Shown: one piece after another, positions 20,559 through 28,989 of the stretch
How positions within the stretch are numbered: the stretch's first letter is position 1
Layout: each line of letters starts with the position of its first letter
Origin: Eubacteriales bacterium
Lineage (GTDB): Bacteria; Bacillota; Clostridia; Oscillospirales; CAG-272
DNA: 64,000 nt
Direction of reading: 5' to 3'
Assembly: GCA_045656445.1 (NCBI GenBank)
Contig: JAZORD010000027.1
Coordinates: 2,452 to 66,451 of the forward strand
The notes under the pieces: generated by a model
Databases searched by the model: none
The model's input: the letters and a program-made list of their open reading frames with translations, nothing else
Told to the model about the DNA's origin: nothing
Made by a program: the position numbers and the translations under genes

Positions 20559-21356
20559 TCAAACCTGTTCGGATGAGTTTTTCTTGCCGCGTGCCTCAAG
20601 AAATTTATTGAAGCGGTATGCAAGATAGAACACGAGGACAATAAACACAGCACACGCCGCAACGAACGCAACCCAATGCCAAACGCTTGTGAATTTATCA
20701 AAGGGTACGATAGAAATTCCGAAAATTATGGTTGCAATTCCTATTCCGCGGCCGATAACAATAGATGGAATAAACCATTTGAGCGACATCTTAAGCGTTC
20801 CCGCAATCATAACGAGAGCATCGTCGGGGAATATCGGAAACATCATCATAAGCGGGAAGAAGGCAAGCCCCTTGTTATTGAGAAGCTCGCACGCCTTGTT
20901 AGCGTCCTCTTCGCCGAGCAGCTTTTTACACATTTTATATCCGCCGAAGCGTCCGGCTATGTACATTATCAGGCTCGAAAGCATAACGCCGATAAAAGCC
21001 AACAGAAACGCCTGCCAAGCCTTTTCGTAAAGCGACTGCAAAAGCAGAATGAACGCCATTGAAACTCCCGGAATAAAGCACAGGAAGAGAGTGATTACAA
21101 GCTGGAATGCAAGGATTATCACCCATCCGTACCAAGAGTTTTTGAAGGAGTGAAAAAGCTCAGCGTTCAAATGTACGCCGTCCTCATACTCAATAATGTC
21201 AAATGAGTATAAAACCAAAAAAGAAGCAAGCGACAGTCCGACGACGATGAGCAACGCCAAGAGTATTTTTATTATAAGTTTAAGGTTTTTGTTTAAAAAT
21301 TTTTTCAATTCAGACGCTCTCCGATTTTGTTGCACCACATATAAATTATTCACCAT
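20559..21356 (-). CDS. TVP38/TMEM64 (DedA-related) family membrane protein
   Basis: 265 aa polytopic protein with the FIPGVSMAF and PDDALVMIAG signatures typical of the family. Confidence 0.65.
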   Translation of the reverse strand: MVNNLYVVQQNRRASELKKFLNKNLKLIIKILLALLIVVGLSLASFLVLYSFDIIEYEDGVHLNAELFHSFKNSWYGWVIILAFQLVITLFLCFIPGVSMAFILLLQSLYEKAWQAFLLAFIGVMLSSLIMYIAGRFGGYKMCKKLLGEEDANKACELLNNKGLAFFPLMMMFPIFPDDALVMIAGTLKMSLKWFIPSIVIGRGIGIATIIFGISIVPFDKFTSVWHWVAFVAACAVFIVLVFYLAYRFNKFLEARGKKNSSEQV

Positions 21357-21528
21357 TTATTATATTAAATTTGGGTGGTTATGTCAAGCAAAACACGACA
21401 CAATTAACTGTTTTTTCACAATTTTCGAGCGCATCTTGGAAAAAGGCAGAAAAACAGAAAAAATAATACAAAAACCTTTCATTTCGTGTTATAATGAATA
21501 TATAAAATGAGGAAAGGAGTCGGGAACA

Positions 21529-22119
21529 ATGAATGACGAGCGACTCGGAAAACAAATTGCTTTTATTCTCGAATCCGATAAGGAAAAAGAGGTCTACAGA
21601 CAAACCCACATAGGCGGATACAAAAGATTTGAAAACGATGCCGAGCACGCGTGGCATATGGCTATAATGGTATATCTTTTGAGGGAATACGCAAACGAGC
21701 CGTTTGACCTCGCGCGTGCGATGATAATGGCGCTGATTCACGACATTGTGGAGATAGACGCGGGGGACACCTACGCCTACGATGAGGAGGCGAAGAAAAG
21801 CCAGAAGGAAAGGGAGGACCGCGCGGCAGAGCGGATTTTCGGAATACTCCCCGAGGACCAGAAGAATGAGTTTATCGGCCTTTTTAGAGAATTTGAGGAG
21901 TGCAAAACACCGGAGGCGCGCTTTGCTCGTTCAATGGATAATCTTCAGCCGCTTTTGCTCAACGATTTAAACGATGGCGGTGATTGGAAGGCTCACGGTG
22001 TCAGCGAGGACAAGGTTATCGCAAGGCAGGAAAAAACCGCGCTCGGCTCACAAAAAATATGGGAATTTTCCAAAAGGATAATCGAAGAAAACACGAGAAA
22101 GGGAAACCTTAAAAAATAG
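21529..22119 (+). CDS. HD-domain hydrolase (YfbR-like 5'-nucleotidase family)
   Basis: ENDAEHAWHMA ... LIHDIVEIDAGDT metal-binding motifs. Confidence 0.8.
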   Translation: MNDERLGKQIAFILESDKEKEVYRQTHIGGYKRFENDAEHAWHMAIMVYLLREYANEPFDLARAMIMALIHDIVEIDAGDTYAYDEEAKKSQKEREDRAAERIFGILPEDQKNEFIGLFREFEECKTPEARFARSMDNLQPLLLNDLNDGGDWKAHGVSEDKVIARQEKTALGSQKIWEFSKRIIEENTRKGNLKK

Positions 22120-22241
22120 AACGCTAAATCTATATTGATTCATCGATAAGTCTTAGACAGACAAAGTAGGTTTAAATAAAAACGCCTCTATAAAAAACGA
22201 TTTGTCACTATCCAAGCCACAACGTATAATTAAATACATAT

Positions 22242-22297
22242 AAAATCCCCACCAAAGCAACGTTTACCAAAAACGTCGCTTTATGGCGGGGATTTTT
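22242..22297. terminator. Long imperfect hairpin between convergent genes
   Basis: AAAATCCCCACCAAAGCAACGTTT (22242..22265) pairs with AAACGTCGCTTTATGGCGGGGATTTT (22271..22296), with a few mismatches. Confidence 0.5.
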
Positions 22298-22303
22298 ATT
22301 AGG

Positions 22304-24181
22304 TTAACAAGGGTTAGGATAACAGTTTTTAAGGTTTTCTAAACTGAGTTCTAACCAGTTTATTACGTAGTCAACGTGACCTTCCCAGGTTTGTATTCTA
22401 TAAATTTCCTCTGGGGAATAGCCGCTCGAATCAACACCGAGAATTTCCCAACGGTTAAAGTTGCGGTTGAAAGCTTCTTTATGGCTCATAACATAGTCAT
22501 AACAATCGGTGACAGTTGATGTTATAGTGTCTTCAAGCTCTGCGAGCCTATTTGCAACTATTTCGGTGAATTCATCGAATTTTAAGAGCCTATTATACCA
22601 GAAATTAGTTTCCTTTGCCCAAAGATATTCAATGTCAACTGCATTTTCCTGATAAGAACAGTTTCCCGTGCTTAAGTCATAGTCCCAAATAGGACCTCTA
22701 TATAGCTTTCCATCCTTATCCTTATACATATAAAAGCTTGAAAATCCTATGTCAACGCAGTGCATAAGCTCATCAAGGATATATCCGTCAGCAAAGCTGT
22801 AAACATCCATAAGGGACGTTACTTCGTTGAAGTCTTCTCCGTCAAGAGCGGTCATACACTGCTGGATATAGCTCTTAATATAAGCAACGTGAGCATCGTT
22901 GAAGTCCTCTTCCTCGGGGTCTGGAGATTTTATAGCGTAGTTTATTGAGCCGCTTCCAACTGGAATGTTGAAATAATCAATATTTTCAACGCCTTCCTGT
23001 GGCGCGCGTGAATCCATTTCTATAAGATATCCCGTGTTTGCAGAGGTGTAATCCTCGTCAATATCTACTCTGTGCGAGCCAACCTCAATCTGTTCGCAAA
23101 TCAGATACACACCGTCGTATCTGCCGTTTACGTAGACCTCGGCGGTTTTAAAGCTCGTTGTATAATTTAAATTTTCAAACTCAGCTCCAAGGGAGTATGC
23201 GATGTAGTTTCTTATTAAGCTGCAGTCCATATAATTTGCAATAATCGTCCAGGTTTTTGACTTTCCATTACCGAAAAGGTCAATCTTATCGTCGAACTTT
23301 AATTTGTACGGACTCTTTGGAAGATAAGCGGTTGAATTACCGCGAAGCTTTATTTTTCCGCTTTTGGAGGAAAATTCAAAATCGGGGTCAGCGTTTGATA
23401 CGGAAACCGAGCATTTTACGTAATCATCTTTTGTGGCAATGGGCTTAGAATCCTCGGTAACGATAGAGATAATGGGAAGATTTAACTCTTCCATCACGAA
23501 AACAGCCGTGACCGTTATATCCTCCTTGGCTATTACGGCAAGCTCTTTGGATTCTGCACCGTTGCTCCATCCTAGGAACTTATATCCAACGTCAGCAACT
23601 GCCGAAACAGGTTCGGAGGTGTTTCCGTAAGCTACGGATTGAGTCGTCTTGCCAGTTATGTATCCGCCATCGCTAGAAATATATTTAACGGTATAATGAA
23701 TTGGCGCGAACTCAGCGATAATCTCCATATTGCTTTGGGGAGCCAAATCGGTTCTTTTTGTATCGGTAATACCGTCACTCCACTTAACAAATTTGTATCC
23801 TTCGAGAGCGCATGCCTCGACCTGAGTGCAATCTTTACCGCGAGCAATTGTTTGAATTGAGTCGCCCGAGATATAGCCACCATTACTTGAGGCATACTTG
23901 ACGTTGTAATGAATTTGAGCAAACTCTGCAGTAATTTTGATATCGTCTTGGGGTTTGACGTCGGTTCTCGTAGCCTCGGTAACGCCGTCGCTCCACTTGA
24001 CAAAAGTATATCCGTCGTTTGCGATCGCGCTTACCGGAGTAAATTTCTTTGACTGCGACAAAACACCGTCGATGTAACCGCCCTCAGAGGCTTCGTAGTT
24101 AATCGTATAACCATTATCGCAAGCAAAAAAAGTCGCAGTAGAAAAAACAACCAAAATAATAAATAAAGCTTTTTTCAACAT
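22304..24181 (-). CDS. CotH kinase-family protein, predicted lipoprotein, with three N-terminal Listeria-Bacteroides (InlB B-type) repeats
   Basis: The C-terminal roughly 390 aa look CotH-like. The N-terminus is MLKKALFIILVVFSTATFFAC (signal peptide plus Cys). I prefer the ATG at 24181 (GGAAAGG RBS 8 nt upstream) over the ATG at 24208. Confidence 0.75.
   Translation of the reverse strand: MLKKALFIILVVFSTATFFACDNGYTINYEASEGGYIDGVLSQSKKFTPVSAIANDGYTFVKWSDGVTEATRTDVKPQDDIKITAEFAQIHYNVKYASSNGGYISGDSIQTIARGKDCTQVEACALEGYKFVKWSDGITDTKRTDLAPQSNMEIIAEFAPIHYTVKYISSDGGYITGKTTQSVAYGNTSEPVSAVADVGYKFLGWSNGAESKELAVIAKEDITVTAVFVMEELNLPIISIVTEDSKPIATKDDYVKCSVSVSNADPDFEFSSKSGKIKLRGNSTAYLPKSPYKLKFDDKIDLFGNGKSKTWTIIANYMDCSLIRNYIAYSLGAEFENLNYTTSFKTAEVYVNGRYDGVYLICEQIEVGSHRVDIDEDYTSANTGYLIEMDSRAPQEGVENIDYFNIPVGSGSINYAIKSPDPEEEDFNDAHVAYIKSYIQQCMTALDGEDFNEVTSLMDVYSFADGYILDELMHCVDIGFSSFYMYKDKDGKLYRGPIWDYDLSTGNCSYQENAVDIEYLWAKETNFWYNRLLKFDEFTEIVANRLAELEDTITSTVTDCYDYVMSHKEAFNRNFNRWEILGVDSSGYSPEEIYRIQTWEGHVDYVINWLELSLENLKNCYPNPC
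23495..24109 (-). repeat. Three tandem in-frame repeats of about 64-71 codons inside the CotH gene
   Basis: The repeats are Y(T/N)(I/V)xY.S..GGYI.G ... GY.F(V/L).WS(D/N)G ... (I/V)TA.F. They cover residues 34-97, 98-168 and 169-238 of the 634-aa track ORF. Confidence 0.75.
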
Positions 24182-24210
24182 AAAGAAAACCTTTCCACAA
24201 ATCCACAATC

Positions 24211-24238
24211 TAAAGAAAAATGCTATAGCGACTATAGC
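24211..24238 (-). terminator. Rho-independent terminator after mntP
   Basis: GCTATAG (24222..24228) pairs with CTATAGC (24232..24238). On the minus strand the hairpin is followed by ATTTTTCTTT. Confidence 0.5.
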
Positions 24239-24280
24239 AGAAGCAAAAAGACAAGTGAATCACTATTAAAAACCGTATGA

Positions 24281-24871
24281 TTAAAACCAGCTCGTAATAA
24301 ATATTTCAAGACCTATTAATATGAGAATTGCACCACCGAAAATACCCGCCTTGCCGGCAAGACTTGTGCCTGCTTTTTTGCCGATTGCAATGCCTAAGAA
24401 GCAAATAAAGAAGGTAACTAATCCTATAAGAAGGCAGGAAAGAAGCGCCTCGGGAAATTCATATTCCGAAATGGTAAATCCTACCGAAAGCGCGTCAATT
24501 GAGGTTGCGATTCCCTGAACGACGAGCGCTCCGAAGCAGGCAACCTGGGTTTCCTCGCAGTTGGTGTCTTTATTTTTAATTCCTTCGTAAAGCATTTTTC
24601 CTCCGATATATCCAAGCAGTAAAAGCGCTATCCAAGGAATGAATTTTTCAAATTTTCCAAAAATCTGAGCGACCGTGGTAACGCAAACCCAGCCAAGAAG
24701 AGGCATAGCGAACTGGAAAAACGCGAAAATGCCGGCAACTCCGTACATTTTAGGTTTTTTCATACACGGCTCGCTCAGTCCGTTGGCTAGCGACACCGAG
24801 AAGGCGTCCATAGCAAGTCCAACGCCAAGCATAATGCTCATAAAAAAGAATGAAAAAACAGAGGGCATCAT
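24281..24871 (-). CDS. mntP: Manganese efflux pump MntP
   Basis: 196 aa, six TM helices, with a duplicated DAFSVS / DALSVG motif. Confidence 0.88.
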   Translation of the reverse strand: MMPSVFSFFFMSIMLGVGLAMDAFSVSLANGLSEPCMKKPKMYGVAGIFAFFQFAMPLLGWVCVTTVAQIFGKFEKFIPWIALLLLGYIGGKMLYEGIKNKDTNCEETQVACFGALVVQGIATSIDALSVGFTISEYEFPEALLSCLLIGLVTFFICFLGIAIGKKAGTSLAGKAGIFGGAILILIGLEIFITSWF

Positions 24872-25067
24872 TTTCTCCTAAAAAATCCAAGCGCGGATTG
24901 CCGAGCTTTGCATAGGGAAATACGACCTTATGCACAGGTGATTTCGGCTCGGAACGAGTTTAGCAATTTAAAACAAGCCAGACCTTTCTGTGAGGATGTT
25001 GATTTGTTACACCGGCGGCGCTTGCCACTACCTCAAAGGCTTAGATTATAGTAAAAATCTTCATTAC
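24872..25067 (-). promoter_or_regulatory. Structured 5' leader of mntP of about 195 nt (candidate metal-sensing riboswitch or attenuator; class unresolved)
   Basis: Runs from the predicted TSS to the start codon. It contains CCUUUGAGGUAGUGGC...CCUCACAGAAAGG pairing, a nested CCGAGC...GCUCGG helix, and a short hairpin AAUCCgcgcuuGGAUUUUUU that abuts the AGGAG RBS. Confidence 0.35.
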
Positions 25068-25073
25068 GCGGAC

Positions 25074-25102
25074 ATTATATCATACGAAAGATAAAATGTC
25101 AA
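25074..25102 (-). promoter_or_regulatory. Sigma-A-type promoter of mntP
   Basis: On the minus strand: TTGACA (25102..25097), 17-nt spacer ending in TGA, TATAAT (25079..25074). Confidence 0.55.
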
Positions 25103-25142
25103 TAAATTTCAATAGGCAAAAGCGAGAGCGTTCACGGTGGCA

Positions 25143-25493
25143 TTACCCAAGAGAGTATACTATGACGCCTAAAATTATCAAAGCCGTTCCAAGAAGTTGC
25201 TTTTTTGTGAGTTTTTCCTTTAAAAATGCAAAACTCATTAAGGCAACGAAAATATAACCGCAGGATTCAAGCACTGGTGACATTGAGAGAGGAACCACCT
25301 TAAGCGCGTACATAGATATAATTGTGCAGCCGAAAAACAATGTGTAGCCTATTATCACATAAGGGTTCAGGTACTCCCTGATTTTTGAAGAGTATTTTAT
25401 CCCAGCGCTTTTCTTTAAAAGGATTTGCGATACCGATGAAACGAATACGCTGAATAACAAAATGAGTGAATAAACGATAAGATCCTTATTCAT
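25143..25493 (-). CDS. Small four-TM EamA/DMT half-transporter (ArnE-like flippase subunit candidate)
   Basis: 116 aa with four hydrophobic helices. It overlaps the upstream paralogue by 8 nt and is the last gene of the glycosylation operon. Confidence 0.6.
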   Translation of the reverse strand: MNKDLIVYSLILLFSVFVSSVSQILLKKSAGIKYSSKIREYLNPYVIIGYTLFFGCTIISMYALKVVPLSMSPVLESCGYIFVALMSFAFLKEKLTKKQLLGTALIILGVIVYSLG

Positions 25494-25881
25494 CTTTCAC
25501 CTCTGCCGGTGTTTCGTTAGACTGACTTAAGTCTTGATCTGGGTCACTTTCGGTCACCATAAGAACAACTCCGATAAGAACGATTGCGGCTCCGACAATA
25601 TTCCAAACGGAAAGCGATTCGTCAAACATAGTTGCCCCAAACATCATCCCCCAAACGAGAGTGATGGATTTGTTTGCGAAAGCAAAATTTAACGGCATTA
25701 TTTTTAGTGTTTGCTGCCACAGCAGAGCATAACAACCCAAAATAAATATCTGAAGCGCGTATATTAAAAACCATTTCGTCGAGAAAAAATCAAGCTTGGA
25801 TGCATATTTAGAGCAAACCGAGCTCAACGCATAAAGGAAAATGATAGAATGAAGAAAGACGAGATTTTTAACTTTTTTCAT
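25486..25881 (-). CDS. Small four-TM EamA/DMT half-transporter (ArnF-like flippase subunit candidate)
   Basis: 131 aa with four hydrophobic helices and an acidic C-terminal tail. Paired with the 116-aa paralogue. Confidence 0.6.
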   Translation of the reverse strand: MKKVKNLVFLHSIIFLYALSSVCSKYASKLDFFSTKWFLIYALQIFILGCYALLWQQTLKIMPLNFAFANKSITLVWGMMFGATMFDESLSVWNIVGAAIVLIGVVLMVTESDPDQDLSQSNETPAEVKDE

Positions 25882-25898
25882 TATTTACACCCGTAACG

Positions 25899-27080
25899 TT
25901 ATTTCATTATGACGGAAATCCTGTCGTTAAATTCAACTACAGCGCGATTCATATCGTCAAGGTTGTCGTATTCATAGAAAATATAAGCTATGCGTTCATT
26001 CATGCAGTTTTCTATTTTTTCGCCTGGCACGCACATTTCTATTTTTTTATATATGTGTTTTTCTATATCCTCGGGGATAGAATAGGAAACGAGCGTTCCG
26101 TTTTTTTCAGCCATAATACCGTGGTGTCCGCAAAACGCTCTTTTTCTTTGAATCCTTTCAAGAGAGCGCGAGTCGCCGCCGGTTTGCGTTATAACCTGAG
26201 CTTTGTGCCACTGAAAATCGGTATTATCCTCAACAAGCTGAAGAAACTGATTTCCAAACGGTCTTCTCATCATCTCTATTATGCTGAATTTTTTACCGTC
26301 CCTTATGAGCTGAAACGCAAAAACGCCGTCAACCAAGGAAAGATCATCTGCTATAGATTCTATTATTCTGCAAAGCTCATCGGAAATATCCTGCATATGG
26401 ACAGCCGGCAATGTTTCCGATTGTATCAAATACGGATTAATTGGCGAATAGGAGTTGCATCCGGTATATGATACGACTCTTTTGTTTTGCAAAAAGGCAA
26501 CGAAAGTTTGCTGAACGCCTGTTATAAACGGCTCAATAATTATATTGTCGGAGCGAGTGACACGGTACGCGTTATCAACCGCGATGTATCCCTCCTCCTT
26601 ATTGTTTGCCTTCATAATTCCTTTCCCGCCGGTAAGGTCGGTTGCTTTCACTATTACAGGATAGGATGCAGAATCAAGATATTTCTTCGCTGATTCGGCA
26701 CTCGTAAAAACATTTGAGATGGGGGAGGGAATATTCTTCGCATTCAAATATTTCTTGAACTTGTCCTTCAGATGAAGAAGCTCGGCGTTTTTATAGGTAT
26801 CGTGTCCCTGCCATCCCATTTTTTCGGCAACATATGCCGCGGTCAGCACGCTGAAATCGTTAGCGCAGCTGATTATAGAATCTATTTTTCTATCCTTTAC
26901 AAGTTTCAGTATTGCTTCCTTGTCTGAATAATCGGCGGGGATATATTCGTCGGCATATCTGTGCCCGACAAGATGCGGTGCATTCCCGGTCGTTACTACG
27001 TAATAACCGAGCTTATGAGCCTCTTCAATAAGCGGAATTTCACAAAAGCTTCCGTTTAAAATCAGTACCTTTTTCTTCAT
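25899..27080 (-). CDS. ATP-grasp family ligase
   Basis: YPVIVKATDLTGGKGI (P-loop-like lid), IIIEPFITG, and EMMRRPFGN (Mg/ATP-binding E..N region). 393 aa. Confidence 0.75.
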   Translation of the reverse strand: MKKKVLILNGSFCEIPLIEEAHKLGYYVVTTGNAPHLVGHRYADEYIPADYSDKEAILKLVKDRKIDSIISCANDFSVLTAAYVAEKMGWQGHDTYKNAELLHLKDKFKKYLNAKNIPSPISNVFTSAESAKKYLDSASYPVIVKATDLTGGKGIMKANNKEEGYIAVDNAYRVTRSDNIIIEPFITGVQQTFVAFLQNKRVVSYTGCNSYSPINPYLIQSETLPAVHMQDISDELCRIIESIADDLSLVDGVFAFQLIRDGKKFSIIEMMRRPFGNQFLQLVEDNTDFQWHKAQVITQTGGDSRSLERIQRKRAFCGHHGIMAEKNGTLVSYSIPEDIEKHIYKKIEMCVPGEKIENCMNERIAYIFYEYDNLDDMNRAVVEFNDRISVIMK

Positions 27081-27081
27081 A

Positions 27082-28035
27082 TTACTCCTCGCCGCACTCG
27101 CCGTCGGAGTCCACGTTATAGGTTTCCCGAATAGCGAATTGGGGCGCTTTATTTAGGCTTATATAAATTCTTCCGATGTATTCTCCAAGAAGACCCAAAA
27201 ACAGCATTATGATACCCGACAGTATAAGCGTGATCGCCATAATTGAGCTGTATCCAACCGGTATTGTGGGATTAAGTATCTTCTTGATAATCGTTACGAT
27301 CGCGTAAGCGAATCCGCCGATAGAGCAAAAAACGCCAAAAAGCGACGCGATTCTGAGAGGTTTTTCCGAAAAAGCTGTAAATCCGTTCATCCAGAGAGAT
27401 AAAAGTTTTTTGAAGCTATATCCGGACGAGCCGTGCTCGCGCGATTTGTGCTCAATAACAACGTTTGCCATATTTCGCGTGATTCTGAGAATGAGTCCGT
27501 GAACAAAGGGGTAAGCGTTTTTGTATTTTATTATTTCATCAAGTATATACCTTTTAAAAACATAATAGCTATTTAGATCTATATCCTTCGGCTTTCCAAT
27601 AAAATAGGAGGACATCCAGAAGCTCAGCTTCGTTCCTATTTTTCTGAACAACGATCGCTTTTTCTCCTCATATTTTGCAGAAACCAAATCATAACCCTCA
27701 TCAAGCTTATCAATAAGCTTAAACATTTGGGACGGGGGGTTCTGACCGTCGTCGTCAAGGCAAACGATTATATCTCCCGTTGCGTAATTGAAGCCCGCCA
27801 TAAGCGCGGAATGCTGTCCAAAATTTCTTGAAAAGCTAAGGACTTTGATTTTTGAGTTCTTCTCCGCAATCCGCTTTAGAACATCAAGAGTGCTGTCTCT
27901 TGAAAAGTCGTTGACGCAGACAATTTCATAATCATATCTGCCGTCAGCGTTGACGGTATCTATGATTTCCGATATAACTCCGCCTACTGTTTGTTCCGAG
28001 CAATAGCAGGGAATAATAAACGAAAGTTTTTTCAT
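27082..28035 (-). CDS. Family 2 glycosyltransferase, polyprenyl-phosphate sugar transferase type (ArnC / GtrB / CsbB-like)
   Basis: IIPCY...NDFSRD...LDDDGQNP (DxD) catalytic domain plus two C-terminal TM helices. 317 aa. Confidence 0.85.
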   Translation of the reverse strand: MKKLSFIIPCYCSEQTVGGVISEIIDTVNADGRYDYEIVCVNDFSRDSTLDVLKRIAEKNSKIKVLSFSRNFGQHSALMAGFNYATGDIIVCLDDDGQNPPSQMFKLIDKLDEGYDLVSAKYEEKKRSLFRKIGTKLSFWMSSYFIGKPKDIDLNSYYVFKRYILDEIIKYKNAYPFVHGLILRITRNMANVVIEHKSREHGSSGYSFKKLLSLWMNGFTAFSEKPLRIASLFGVFCSIGGFAYAIVTIIKKILNPTIPVGYSSIMAITLILSGIIMLFLGLLGEYIGRIYISLNKAPQFAIRETYNVDSDGECGEE

Positions 28036-28060
28036 TTTTCTTTATCCTTTCGGGGCTATA

Positions 28061-28963
28061 TTAATTCTTGGAAAAGTATTCTTTAAGCTCAAGTATCATT
28101 TCCCGAATGTCGACCCGGGGAACGTATCCGGTATCCGCCTTGATTTTGTCAAGACAGACTTGCCAGCTACAATCGTCAGCGGGGTCCGGGGTTCCTGAAA
28201 AAACGATTTTCGACGTTGATCCGGTGAGCCTTACGCACATCTCTGCAAGGTCGCGGTTTGACACGAGATTATGGCTTGCAAGATTGTAAACTCCTTGTGC
28301 TTTTTTTGAAAGTATAGCTAGGTAAATTGCTTCAGCAATGTCGCTGACATGAACGTAGGTTTGCTTTCTTTTGCCCTCTCCTAATAGAGTGATGTTTTCC
28401 CCTTTTATCGCTTTGCTTACAAATACGGGGAAAATGGTTTTGGGGTTCATTCCGGGTCCTACGGGGGCGGATATTCTGTAGCTTACCGTTCTCACACCGT
28501 ATGTGTAATACGCATAGTTTGCAAGAAGCTCCTGCATAACCTTGGTGCAATGGTACACGGTAGGAGGTCTTAACGTGTGAGCTTCTGTAATAGGAGCTTC
28601 GGAGGGAGTGCCTATTACAGGAAGACTTGAAAGCTGAACGAAAACTCCCACTCCCTTGTTCCTGCAAAGCTCAAGAAGCCTCTGCGCACCGACGCAGTTG
28701 TTTTTGATTACGTCAAGCGTGTAGGGTTCTTTTCTCATATCTGCGGCGAGGTGAACGATTGCATCGGGCAGATTGTCCTTCGTCATACCGTCAAGAATTG
28801 TATCTGTTTTCTCGCTGTAAAGGTCGCAAAAAATATATTCATCGGTTTCAACCCTGGACTCCTCAGCCCTATCAAGACCTATAACGTAACAGCCCTTGCT
28901 TTTAAGATGGCGAACTACGTGACCACCTATAAAGCCGTTTGAGCCTGTAACTAAAACCTTCAT
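28061..28963 (-). CDS. NAD-dependent epimerase/dehydratase family SDR acting on a nucleotide sugar
   Basis: VTGSNGFIGGHV Rossmann motif and a Ser...YHCTK catalytic triad. There is no TDE motif of the 4,6-dehydratase type. Confidence 0.8.
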   Translation of the reverse strand: MKVLVTGSNGFIGGHVVRHLKSKGCYVIGLDRAEESRVETDEYIFCDLYSEKTDTILDGMTKDNLPDAIVHLAADMRKEPYTLDVIKNNCVGAQRLLELCRNKGVGVFVQLSSLPVIGTPSEAPITEAHTLRPPTVYHCTKVMQELLANYAYYTYGVRTVSYRISAPVGPGMNPKTIFPVFVSKAIKGENITLLGEGKRKQTYVHVSDIAEAIYLAILSKKAQGVYNLASHNLVSNRDLAEMCVRLTGSTSKIVFSGTPDPADDCSWQVCLDKIKADTGYVPRVDIREMILELKEYFSKN

Positions 28964-28989
28964 AACAAGAATCTCCTCGAAATTTCGAA

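Noticed and set aside
24950-25045. A firm call of a yybP-ykoY Mn2+ riboswitch upstream of mntP
   Set aside because: Only the 5' GGGGAGUAG-like loop is approximated (GAGGUAGUGGC). The strings resembling the 3' consensus (GUUUAGCAA, AGACCUUUC) appear as reverse complements on the sense strand, and the local fold is too short for the four-helix architecture. I kept it as an unresolved structured leader.
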